A stretch of 49,850 bases of DNA from an uncultured Candidatus Saccharimonas sp. (GCA_964532235.1 CAZHGY010000002.1:1-49850), one strand, 5' to 3'; counted from the first letter of the stretch, positions 20,601 through 28,281 are shown. Notes: generated by a model from the letters alone, not told the origin. Made by a program: numbers and translations.

Positions 20601-20653
20601 TTTATGATCTAAGCCCTGAAGAAATTGCAACCATTGAGAGTAAATCTCAATAG
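17606..20653 (+). CDS. Eco57I/PglX-like gamma-class N6-adenine DNA methyltransferase with a C-terminal specificity (TaqI_C-like) region
   Basis: Motifs GAFYTPREIV, LDPACGSGAF (18962-18991), YGVDIEPMAVEIARLRAWL and GNPPY (19508-19522). The ATG overlaps the upstream TAA (TAATG, 17604-17608), with GAGGAG 9 nt upstream. Confidence 0.9.
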   Translation: MFSELARRVYELTNESDNRKSLDIAIETANELIKILDPQVSNLKSGEDALDENIPINKFPNYKVESWFAQHPYFTGERVALNSYESDKVQIKFYWLGDTATKSRVSAGVMLTSNWEDSELTRNDQYKIGVDFFLSSNTKSLLMVISNNGNLRILEFNSRLSNTQQEILQKLRGVIALESKEQIHKTLWDALALSEVNKKFYQGIAEKFNELFNHLVADGKNAEDSKLFASRLLGRLLFIWFLRRKNIVQEQYGYFDVEGTDSTEYYDQKLKKLFFNTLNTPVSDRQHSDDKTPYLNGGLFEAHDNDWANQKVNFPTGFFNRLYEHLEQYNFTTDESSPEYEQIAIDPEMLGRVFESLLATQITETGDQARKAKGAFYTPREIVSYMCKESLRQHLYTRLDNENLNEGIDKLLDTSDSEWELQHTNAKRNLWGEKDRNIVPVKVMQALDELKVLDPACGSGAFPMGMLQLMLKTYERLDNRFDVYKTKLRIVQENIYGVDIEPMAVEIARLRAWLSIVVDDEDDNKVEPLPNLDFKFVCANSLLPLEQQTGLFADSSLHEKLSEVRNKFFNARVPSSKDKWKEEYYKLIGNGQNSFLDDQRESQLKSFDPFKNSQPADFFDADYMFGLPKFDLVIGNPPYISALVAKKIFSADVRSKYKEIYESAKGTYDMYLLFFERGKLLLKHDGVLCYISPTKYVSAKYAEAFRDYLGIYWLFKIADFSNVKIFANAGVSTFVSFLQNNVKRKFIVTEKYTSTARNSIEIFNTPLESLRIFPENLWGHLITGNYELLKKIYSESDILLNMAEVNGSSTASEADKFSNYVTDTSSINTMKIVNTGNIGSYVSLWGKKSYSNKRNMILQPYIQTDKIGKRRMSMYQSQKIIISKLSKDMTAMLDVNGEFVSTNTTFIYSPKMNLSLFTLAAVINSKLMNFVYKNMFSGLNLLGSFQYQAPQIRLLPIANKLLSDKNYSDTLEQYVMEIINNKTSADNKQSEIDSLIYKLYDLSPEEIATIESKSQ

Positions 20654-20705
20654 AAGATTACTAAAACTAGACTTTACTAATATCGTGCGGTACTGTTGTG
20701 TTGTA

Positions 20706-21995
20706 ATGAGAACAGATACAACAGAGATAAAATACTGCCTCTACGCTCGAAAATCGAGTGAATCTGACGAGCGTCAGGCAATGTCAATCGACTCACAAAT
20801 TAAGGAAATGACGGCATTGGCAATTCGCGAAGGATTGAATATTGTTGATATTAAACAAGAAAGTCATTCTGCTAAACAATCCAGCCAACGGCCATTATTT
20901 AACGAATTAATTAATGATTTAAATGCAGATAAATTTAACGCCATATTAACATGGGCTCCGGACAGATTAAGTCGTAATGCTGGGGATTTAGGTGCTTTGG
21001 TTGACCTAATGGATAGACAAAAGCTCACGACGATTAGAACATTTAGCCAAACCTTTGGTAATAATCCAAATGAAAAGTTCTTGTTAATGATTTTATGTTC
21101 TCAGGCCAAACTTGAAAACGATAATCGGGGCATTAACGTTAAACGAGGTATACGAGCAAAATGTGAAATGGGCTGGCGACCAGGAGTTGCTCCAATTGGC
21201 TACATTAACCGTTCATTTAACGGAGTAAAAGACATAGTTCCAGATCCTGATCGGGCTCCATTTGTTACAGAAGTATTTAATAAGGCAGCTCAGGGCTGGA
21301 GTGGTAGAAGAATTAAAGAATGGGCTGATTCAGCAGGTTTTGATAATAAATCAGGTATTAGGGTTTCATTAAGCCAAATATTCTTGATGCTAAATAATAC
21401 GTTTTATTATGGCGAATTCGATTACCCCGATGGAAGTGGCAAAATGTATAAAGGTTCTCATAAACCATTAGTATCTAAAGCACTATTTGAGCAAATTCAA
21501 CAAGCAAAAGTCGTCCCGAATACCAAGACCCCATGGGGCACAAAACAATTCGCATTCAAAGACATATTTAAATGCGGGAATTGTGGCGCTAGTATTACTG
21601 CCGAGGAAAAATTTAAGCCAAGAGTTGATGGTGGCCTAAATCGACATGTGTATTATCGATGCACTAAATCTGCCAAAGATCCTGACTGCAAAGAACGATC
21701 AATAACTGCCAATATGATAACCGAGCAGATATTGGCAATGGTAGATAATGGCGATTTTGATGATATTGAGCCAACCGAACAGTTATTCAACAAGATTGAA
21801 CATTACAAACGAGTTACTGGCCAATTAATCAAAGATTATGGAATTGATGCTAGCGAAAAAACTCACTTCCGAAATTATGCAAGTTATGTGTTAAAGCAAG
21901 GTACGCTAAACGAGCAAGATGGGTTTATACGAGGATTAAATTTGCCATTGTTCGTAAGTGACAAAAAGATTTATAGACGTAAGTTTATAGACTAA
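20706..21995 (+). CDS. large serine recombinase (resolvase catalytic domain, recombinase domain, zinc ribbon)
   Basis: N-terminal YARKSSESDERQAMSIDSQ (catalytic Ser region, from 20742). Recombinase-domain motifs are present (APIGY, YYGEF), as is the Cys cluster CGNCGASITA..YYRCTKS..DC. Start taken at MRTDTTEIKY (20706), not 20625, which overlaps the methyltransferase. Confidence 0.85.
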   Translation: MRTDTTEIKYCLYARKSSESDERQAMSIDSQIKEMTALAIREGLNIVDIKQESHSAKQSSQRPLFNELINDLNADKFNAILTWAPDRLSRNAGDLGALVDLMDRQKLTTIRTFSQTFGNNPNEKFLLMILCSQAKLENDNRGINVKRGIRAKCEMGWRPGVAPIGYINRSFNGVKDIVPDPDRAPFVTEVFNKAAQGWSGRRIKEWADSAGFDNKSGIRVSLSQIFLMLNNTFYYGEFDYPDGSGKMYKGSHKPLVSKALFEQIQQAKVVPNTKTPWGTKQFAFKDIFKCGNCGASITAEEKFKPRVDGGLNRHVYYRCTKSAKDPDCKERSITANMITEQILAMVDNGDFDDIEPTEQLFNKIEHYKRVTGQLIKDYGIDASEKTHFRNYASYVLKQGTLNEQDGFIRGLNLPLFVSDKKIYRRKFID

Positions 21996-22008
21996 AAGTA
22001 TAAAATTG

Positions 22009-22617
22009 TTATTTTTTAACTGATTGATATGTCCAAATACTGTGGTCTAATATCGACGGGGTTGTGCCTAATCTTTGCGCAACATCGCTTAGTACTTTAA
22101 TTGCTTCATCATCAGAAATTTGTGGCATATTGGCGTCAGCTAGAAAGTTTCTTAGGTGTCTATCAATTTTTACAGATTCATCGCCTGCTAGAATACGAAA
22201 ATATTCAGCCGTTACAGCCCCAATACCTTTATTCTCATTAATAAATCTGGCTTTATTATCTGAGTCTGATAGCCATATTCTTAGTTGAGACACGGTTTCC
22301 AGATTTTCACTTATCAAATAATCTAATAAGCTCAAAATATAATTCGCTTTTTTGTCACCATTCCAATTGATTATATTTTTTATACCAACATTTTCACAAA
22401 CTTTCTTAAAGCCACTGGTGGTTTTAATATCAGGATATTTCTGAAGCACCATATTAACTCTAGGTAAAACAACTGTCTCGTACGTCAAAGCTGCTTGCAA
22501 TATTCCGTCAACAATAAGCGCCCCCATATGATCATAGGCATCAATCTGATTCTGAATCTCGAAATCAGGCAATGATTTTATGTATTGTAGTAATTTTGTT
22601 GAAATTATATTATCCAT
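22009..22617 (-). CDS. HhH-GPD-superfamily-like protein (possible DNA glycosylase-like fold)
   Basis: KGIGAVTAEYFRILAG-DESVKIDRHLRNF parallels endonuclease III GVGRKTANVVLNTAF....VDTHIFRV (helix-hairpin-helix plus conserved Asp, about 22160-22230). A late LDHSIW motif is also present. Start taken at MDNIIST (22617); the ORF track extends to 22695. Confidence 0.5.
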   Translation of the reverse strand: MDNIISTKLLQYIKSLPDFEIQNQIDAYDHMGALIVDGILQAALTYETVVLPRVNMVLQKYPDIKTTSGFKKVCENVGIKNIINWNGDKKANYILSLLDYLISENLETVSQLRIWLSDSDNKARFINENKGIGAVTAEYFRILAGDESVKIDRHLRNFLADANMPQISDDEAIKVLSDVAQRLGTTPSILDHSIWTYQSVKK

Positions 22618-22734
22618 ACACATAATAATAGCAGATAAAGGGATTAGGTTACTCTTTTTGCGGAAGGAACACTTGAATACCACCATATCTGGCATGATTA
22701 CATAAGCTTACGTGCATTTATGCAAGAAAGACGG

Positions 22735-22740
22735 TATAAT
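22735..22740 (+). promoter_or_regulatory. candidate -10 box (TATAAT) for the GHKL/DUF3883 gene in the divergent intergenic region
   Basis: tataat at 22735-22740, 22 nt upstream of the ATG at 22763. No convincing -35. Confidence 0.3.
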
Positions 22741-22762
22741 TTACATAGTTTATACAACAATT

Positions 22763-25700
22763 ATGTCCAATATTCCAACAGATAGACTCAACACACCTAT
22801 TAAGTTTTGTAAAACTTTTGAGGAGATCTCAGAATGGCGCAAAGCTTCGTTTAATGTTGATCAAAATTCTGGAAATAATTTTAAAGACATTTTGAGCGAC
22901 ATTTATAGTGAGCCAACGCACTTCTTGTTCGAATTACTTCAAAATGCCGATGACGCAAAAGCAACAAAAGTTCGTTTTGAGGTCAAAAGCGATAAGATCG
23001 TCTTTTATCACAATGGCACAAAGGATTTTTCGCCCAATGACATTATATCCATAACTGGTATTGGCAACTCCACTAAAACAGAGACTGAACAATCCATAGG
23101 TAAATTTGGTGTTGGGTTTAAGGCAGTTTTCGCCATTACTAAAACCCCAAAAATATGGTCGAAAGCATACAATTTCAAAATTAAAAATTTAACAGTTCCA
23201 TATAAAATAGACGCTATTGAGTTGGGCAAATGGACAACTATTTTTGAGTTAGAGTATGCGAGCGATAAATATAATAACGATGATTTATATCAACGCATAA
23301 TTAACGAGGTAAACAGCTTAGATATTCAAACAATTTTATTTTTGCGAAATATTCTAGAGCTTGAGTTAGCCACAGATAATTATCGGACAATCACTTTAAC
23401 GAAAAATCAATATGATGGTTATACTGAATTCTCTGACACAGAAGACGGATCAAAATATCTAGTTTTTTATGGTGGCTATAATGATCGCACAAGTATCGCC
23501 TATAAGCTAAATGCTGACGGTATTATTACAAAGCCACGAAATACAAACGTGTCAGTCTACTTTCCGACCCAGATTAAGAGCTTTTTTGGCTTTATTGTTA
23601 ATGCGCCTTTTAATACTCCACGAACGCGAGAAACAATCGACTTTGCTTTTGCTTTTAACCAAGATTTAGTAAATGAAGTTAAAACGATATTCAGATCATC
23701 AATATTGAAACTAAGAGATTTGGGCTTATGGACTCTAGACACAATCCAAGACATAATGCCGATAAATAGTGAGTTATGCGAACAATCATATATTTATAAC
23801 TATCTGTATGATGTTCTAGTTGAAGCATTTAAGCAGGAAAAGTTGGTGCCTGTTAAGGGATCAAATTACGCACTGGCTGGTATGGTCAATATTGCCGCAG
23901 ATTATAACATTTCAAAACTACTAAATGATAAAAAAAAGAAATGGGCAACTGTATATAGCAGTCACGACTTACTAAAAACATTTTATAAAAATGAATTAGG
24001 TATATTAACAATAGATTTTAAACTTTTTATAATTTTCTGTAGCACTAACTACTTAAAAAAACAAAAAACAAGGTGGCTTTACCAGTTTTATGGATATTGT
24101 TCTGAACAATTAGAAAAACAGTTCGGGAATTATACTATAATATTTCTGAAACAGCAGCCAATTATAAAGTCACGTTCAGGTAATTTCGTTGCCGCCTATG
24201 TTGGTGAATCGCAAAATATTTTTCTTAATTCCAAAGGCTTAAGTAATGCAAGAATTGTTGACAATATATTTACTAGTAATGCGAAAAGTGTGCCTAAAGA
24301 AATGCGTGATAAGTTGCAAAAATTATTGGACAAGTTGGATATCAAATTACGTAGCCCAAAGTCAACGATAGAATTGGACATTATGAGTAAGTGGGAAAAA
24401 TCAGACTTCAACGCTCGTAAGCAGTTATTTTTCGACATTGTCAAAATATATAATGAATCTAACAAGGATGAAAAAGAAGAAATTTCCAAATATCTATCTG
24501 ATAAGAACATTTTATACACAACTAGTGGCGAGTGGCTTAGTGAAAATGTTTATCAAAACACAGCTAATCTACATCTTTTGTTCGATAGCGTATACGATGC
24601 TAGCTACATTCAGCCAGATTTCTGGATTGTCGATTACAAGGAGCGGGAAATTATCCAAAAAGACGGAACCAAAAAGTTAGTAAAAGAATGTCACGGTTCT
24701 AATGATTTGCTTGAAGTATTAGGCGTAAGTAATAGTTTAAGTGTTAGACGTCGAGAGTATACTGCCATACCTGCTGAAAATATATTAAAACATTACGACG
24801 TTCCTGTAGGTGTTGGGATAAATAGAGTTAAATACACATATGTAATACATAACTTTTGTGAAATCTTAAAAAATATTAATAACTTTGAGAAAAGTAAGGC
24901 ATTAGTTGTCGAACTTATAGCATTGTCTGATGATAGATACCAAGGTTGTATTGAGTGGTACACATCAATGGGGGCATACAAACCAAAAAAAAATTACTTG
25001 ATACCTGCACAATTTTTATTGGATTTAAGAAACGAAAAATGGATTTTTAATAATAACGGCAGATGCTTTGCGCCAAACGAGGTTTTTAAAGATGACTTTA
25101 TAAAGTGGTATGAAATTAATAAATCAGATAAGTTGCTTGAATTCATAGACTTCAAGCCTAGCATTCGAAAATCACTGCCTATAGAAGATCAGGAAAAGCT
25201 TGCACTGGTTGATTTTTTTACAGTAGAAGAGTTAAAAGAATTTAAGCGTCAAAAGGATGCCGAGAAAGATTCCGAGAAATTACCAGAGATTAGTATAGAA
25301 GATGACACTCGGAGTATTGTACTAAATGAAAATGATGATTTTGTAGAGTCCGAAACTGAATCAAACCACTCGGAAATTAGTTTTAACGAAGAACCGCATG
25401 AATCTATTGAATCTGAATCAACTGACAGAAAGCATATTGAAAAAATAACTATTAAAAAAACCGATAATACAAAACTTATTATTGGTGATCAAGGTGAAAG
25501 AACGATCTTGGAACATCTTAAGAAACAGCTGTCGAATACTTCTGATATTCCTGGTGGTTTTATATCCGATGGTAAAAAGTTCTTGGTATTAGGCAATAAC
25601 AACCCAGGATACGACATTGAGGTTAGTAAGGACGATGAAATTATTGAGTACATTGAGGTAAAAGCTAGAACAACCGAATCAAACTCCGTAGTAATTACGC

Positions 25701-25879
25701 ACCTCGAATGGGAATATGCAAAGAAATATGGCGATAAATACACGATCTATATCGTAGATGGCGTATTGGGTAAAGGTGATAAAGAAGCTCCACTAAGCTT
25801 TCATAAATATAATAATCCGTATAAGCTCCATATTGATGGCAAGATAACTCTGACGCCCGATAGCTACAGATTGGCTTAA
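22763..25879 (+). CDS. GHKL (sacsin/MORC-like HATPase) N-terminal domain protein with a C-terminal DUF3883-type PD-(D/E)xK-like nuclease domain
   Basis: GHKL N-box ELLQNADDA (22931-22957) and G-rich lid GKFGVGFKAVF. A long unassigned middle is followed by an acidic linker. The C-terminal GYDIEV (25607) ... EYIEVKAR (25652-25669) gives a D..E.K pattern. Start taken at ATG 22763; the track begins at GTG 22712. Confidence 0.75.
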   Translation: MSNIPTDRLNTPIKFCKTFEEISEWRKASFNVDQNSGNNFKDILSDIYSEPTHFLFELLQNADDAKATKVRFEVKSDKIVFYHNGTKDFSPNDIISITGIGNSTKTETEQSIGKFGVGFKAVFAITKTPKIWSKAYNFKIKNLTVPYKIDAIELGKWTTIFELEYASDKYNNDDLYQRIINEVNSLDIQTILFLRNILELELATDNYRTITLTKNQYDGYTEFSDTEDGSKYLVFYGGYNDRTSIAYKLNADGIITKPRNTNVSVYFPTQIKSFFGFIVNAPFNTPRTRETIDFAFAFNQDLVNEVKTIFRSSILKLRDLGLWTLDTIQDIMPINSELCEQSYIYNYLYDVLVEAFKQEKLVPVKGSNYALAGMVNIAADYNISKLLNDKKKKWATVYSSHDLLKTFYKNELGILTIDFKLFIIFCSTNYLKKQKTRWLYQFYGYCSEQLEKQFGNYTIIFLKQQPIIKSRSGNFVAAYVGESQNIFLNSKGLSNARIVDNIFTSNAKSVPKEMRDKLQKLLDKLDIKLRSPKSTIELDIMSKWEKSDFNARKQLFFDIVKIYNESNKDEKEEISKYLSDKNILYTTSGEWLSENVYQNTANLHLLFDSVYDASYIQPDFWIVDYKEREIIQKDGTKKLVKECHGSNDLLEVLGVSNSLSVRRREYTAIPAENILKHYDVPVGVGINRVKYTYVIHNFCEILKNINNFEKSKALVVELIALSDDRYQGCIEWYTSMGAYKPKKNYLIPAQFLLDLRNEKWIFNNNGRCFAPNEVFKDDFIKWYEINKSDKLLEFIDFKPSIRKSLPIEDQEKLALVDFFTVEELKEFKRQKDAEKDSEKLPEISIEDDTRSIVLNENDDFVESETESNHSEISFNEEPHESIESESTDRKHIEKITIKKTDNTKLIIGDQGERTILEHLKKQLSNTSDIPGGFISDGKKFLVLGNNNPGYDIEVSKDDEIIEYIEVKARTTESNSVVITHLEWEYAKKYGDKYTIYIVDGVLGKGDKEAPLSFHKYNNPYKLHIDGKITLTPDSYRLA

Positions 25880-25903
25880 CAAAAAAGTTTAGTAATTATT
25901 GAT

Positions 25904-26104
25904 CTATTTGTCATGGTTTATTGTCGGTAAAATTACAGTTATAAGCTCGTCTGTCTGTTCTAACTTTCGCTGACGTTCGGAAACTACTTTTTTCTTGTCT
26001 GTTAACGAAAGTTGATTAAATGCCTCATGTTCTCTGGTATCTCTAACAGACCTGAAGAATATGATCAAGATAGCTATGATGATAAAGAGTATTACTGTTG
26101 CCAT
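25904..26104 (-). CDS. small hypothetical membrane-anchored protein (66 aa)
   Basis: The N-terminal hydrophobic helix MATVILFIIIAILIIFF is followed by a charged tail. It lies just downstream of the terminator hairpin of repeat T copy A. Coding status is uncertain. Confidence 0.4.
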   Translation of the reverse strand: MATVILFIIIAILIIFFRSVRDTREHEAFNQLSLTDKKKVVSERQRKLEQTDELITVILPTINHDK

Positions 26105-26127
26105 AAGACAATTATACGACTTTACAA

Positions 26128-26235
26128 CAAAAAGAGCCGAATTAACGGCTCTTTTTGCATATTTAGTACTTGTCCTGGCTGTGCGAAAGTATAAATAGGA
26201 ACATGGGTCACTATTTCTGCTGTCGCACTTGGCTG
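26128..26235 (+). repeat. 108-nt direct repeat 'T', copy A (copy of the tRNA-Gln trailer plus the last nucleotides of the tRNA)
   Basis: About 93% identical by hand count to 28736-28842. It includes terminator hairpin AGAGCCG-aattaa-CGGCTCT (26133-26152) and a second hairpin GTGCGA...TCGCAC. It ends in cttggctg, where it joins P copy 4. Confidence 0.8.
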
Positions 26236-26287
26236 AGCATATGGGTCTAGTACAATTTACAGGTTAAAATTAGACAAATAGGACAAA
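26231..26287 (+). repeat. intergenic repeat family 'P', copy 4
   Basis: ggctgagcatatgggtctagtacaatttacaggttaaaattagacaaataggacaaa. It lies 37 nt downstream of the stop of the ABC permease gene. Confidence 0.6.
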
Positions 26288-26323
26288 TTTTGACTGCTTT
26301 CACATTTGTTATAAAATAATTAT

Positions 26324-27604
26324 TTATTCGTAACGAAGGGCGTCGATTGGGTCAAGTTTGGCAGCTTTATAGGCGGGGTATGTGCCAAATATCAGCCCAA
26401 CAGCAATTGAAATACCTACCGTAACAGCAACTATCTGGAATGTCATAGTCGGAACAATATTTAAATCCATAGTTTTTGTTAAACCCGTTGCCATTACATA
26501 ACCTAATACGATACCAAGAATCCCACCAATAATCGTCAATACGATAGCTTCTGTAAGAAACTGCATCATGATATGTCGTGTTTTTGCACCTACGGCTTTT
26601 CGTAGTCCTATCTCACGTGTTCGCTCAGTGACGCTGACTAGCATAATATTCATAACACCAATGCCACCAACTAATAATGAAATTACAGCGCTTATCATAA
26701 GAATTTTACGGAATAAATCGGTCAAGTCAGTAAGAGAACTCAGTACTTCAGTAGAACTTTTTACTGTAAAATCAGCCTCGTCAATATTCTTATAACCATG
26801 GTTGACTAATAATATATCTTCAATTGCCGTCTGCAATTTATCTACAGATTCCTCGTCGACGGCCTGAGCTATAATTGAGCCGAAGTTTTGACTCAGTTTA
26901 TTTTGTTCGATAATACTTGTGTAGGGAACAAATGCAATAACATTTGGGTTATCAAACTGACTTGGCTCGATTTCAGCAAGTATACCAACTACTTTATAGT
27001 CAACATTATTAAGACTAATTTGTTTTCCTATCGGATTAGCTTCTTTAAAAATATCGTTAGCTAGGTCGTTCCCTAATACAATAACCAGTTTTTTATCTGT
27101 AACACTTTCACTATCAAAAAAATTGCCAGATTCAAGTTCGTAATTACGAATATTATCATAAGACTCTGATACACCTTGGACTGCAATAGTCTCACTAATA
27201 TCAGATTGCAGTTTAGCAGTAGTAACTAATAGTGGCGAAACATCTTTTATTAAATCCTTGTCGATATCACTTATCGAATTTAAATCCTGTTCTGTTATAG
27301 TTGGCTCAACTATTGTACTCGTGTTTTTCTGGTTTTCTGGTGCTCCTTTAGGTATTTTGTTTCCAGAGTTTTGTGCTTTTTCTAGCTCTTGGGTAGTTGG
27401 AGCGTTACGTGACTCAATAGTCACATTCGTCGAACCGAGCTTTTTAACTTCACTATCGATTTTTGCGTCCATTCCCGCGCCTAAACCCATTATTGTTGTA
27501 ACTGCTGCTATTCCTATTACTATACCTAAAACAGTCAATAGACTACGGCCTTTATTGATTACTATCGATTCTCCAGCTTCTGTAAAAAGATTAATCATTT
27601 TCAT
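26324..27604 (-). CDS. ABC transporter permease, MacB/FtsX family
   Basis: N-terminal TM helix, a large extracytoplasmic domain, and a C-terminal FtsX-type 3-TM bundle (ERTREIGLRKAVGAKTRHIMMQFLTEA). The start overlaps the ATPase stop (ATGA). Confidence 0.85.
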   Translation of the reverse strand: MKMINLFTEAGESIVINKGRSLLTVLGIVIGIAAVTTIMGLGAGMDAKIDSEVKKLGSTNVTIESRNAPTTQELEKAQNSGNKIPKGAPENQKNTSTIVEPTITEQDLNSISDIDKDLIKDVSPLLVTTAKLQSDISETIAVQGVSESYDNIRNYELESGNFFDSESVTDKKLVIVLGNDLANDIFKEANPIGKQISLNNVDYKVVGILAEIEPSQFDNPNVIAFVPYTSIIEQNKLSQNFGSIIAQAVDEESVDKLQTAIEDILLVNHGYKNIDEADFTVKSSTEVLSSLTDLTDLFRKILMISAVISLLVGGIGVMNIMLVSVTERTREIGLRKAVGAKTRHIMMQFLTEAIVLTIIGGILGIVLGYVMATGLTKTMDLNIVPTMTFQIVAVTVGISIAVGLIFGTYPAYKAAKLDPIDALRYE

Positions 27605-28281
27605 TTTGTTGTCTCCTCGGTAATACTACCATCACATATTCTTATTGTGCGATCAGCAAATTTTGCAATGTCTTCCTCATGCGTTATTAATACAATGGTC
27701 GTACCTTGACGGTTCACTTCCCTAAAAAGCTTCATAATACTTTTTGCGCTCTTAATATCAAGATTGCCTGTAGGCTCGTCTGCTAGTAATAAACTTGGTT
27801 TCATCATTAATGCCCGTGCTATTGCTACACGTTGAATTTGTCCGCCCGATAACTCATTCGTACGATGGCTGATACGATCTTCTAGTCCAACTCGTTTGAT
27901 TGCCTCTATCGCTCGCTCATTATCATCAGATGCGGGTCTGTACACTGTAGGCAATAACACATTTTGCAAAACTGTACGGCGTTTCAGTAAATTAAACTGT
28001 TGAAAGACAAAACCAATCTCTGAACTTCTTAGGTCCGATAGCTTACTTTGGCTGAGCTCTCTTACGGAAACCCCGTTAAGAAAGTAATCCCCATAAAAAT
28101 GTTGGTCAAGTAAGCCAATTATATGCATTAGGCTGGACTTGCCCGAACCAGAACGCCCCATTATTGCTACAAAGTCGCCTTTGTTGACGCTAAAGTTTAC
28201 TTCATGTAGCGCAATGGTTGAGTTTTCGCCATCTTCATCGTAGACTTTTTTAAGATTTTTTATATCAATAACTTTACTCAT
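27601..28281 (-). CDS. ABC transporter ATP-binding protein (MacB/LolD-type)
   Basis: Walker A GRSGSGKSS, signature LSGGQIQRV, Walker [13 protein letters not shown]. Start taken at MSKVIDIKNL (28281). It overlaps the AbrB-like stop as ATGAGTAA. Confidence 0.9.
   Translation of the reverse strand: MSKVIDIKNLKKVYDEDGENSTIALHEVNFSVNKGDFVAIMGRSGSGKSSLMHIIGLLDQHFYGDYFLNGVSVRELSQSKLSDLRSSEIGFVFQQFNLLKRRTVLQNVLLPTVYRPASDDNERAIEAIKRVGLEDRISHRTNELSGGQIQRVAIARALMMKPSLLLADEPTGNLDIKSAKSIMKLFREVNRQGTTIVLITHEEDIAKFADRTIRICDGSITEETTK

Noticed and set aside
14076-20653. Calling the PLD-SNF2 plus methyltransferase pair a bona fide DISARM or BREX system
   Set aside because: The DISARM core genes (the DrmA helicase and the DUF1998 protein DrmB) and the BREX hallmarks (PglZ, BrxC, BrxL) are absent from the window. 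Only a partial resemblance can be claimed.
20625-20705. Upstream ATG start for the serine recombinase
   Set aside because: It would add 27 non-conserved residues overlapping the methyltransferase 3' end. The resolvase-type N-terminus (..KYCLYARKSSE) begins right after the ATG at 20706.
26012-26194. 60-aa plus-strand ORF
   Set aside because: It overlaps the minus-strand small ORF and runs through the terminator hairpin of repeat T. It has no start context.
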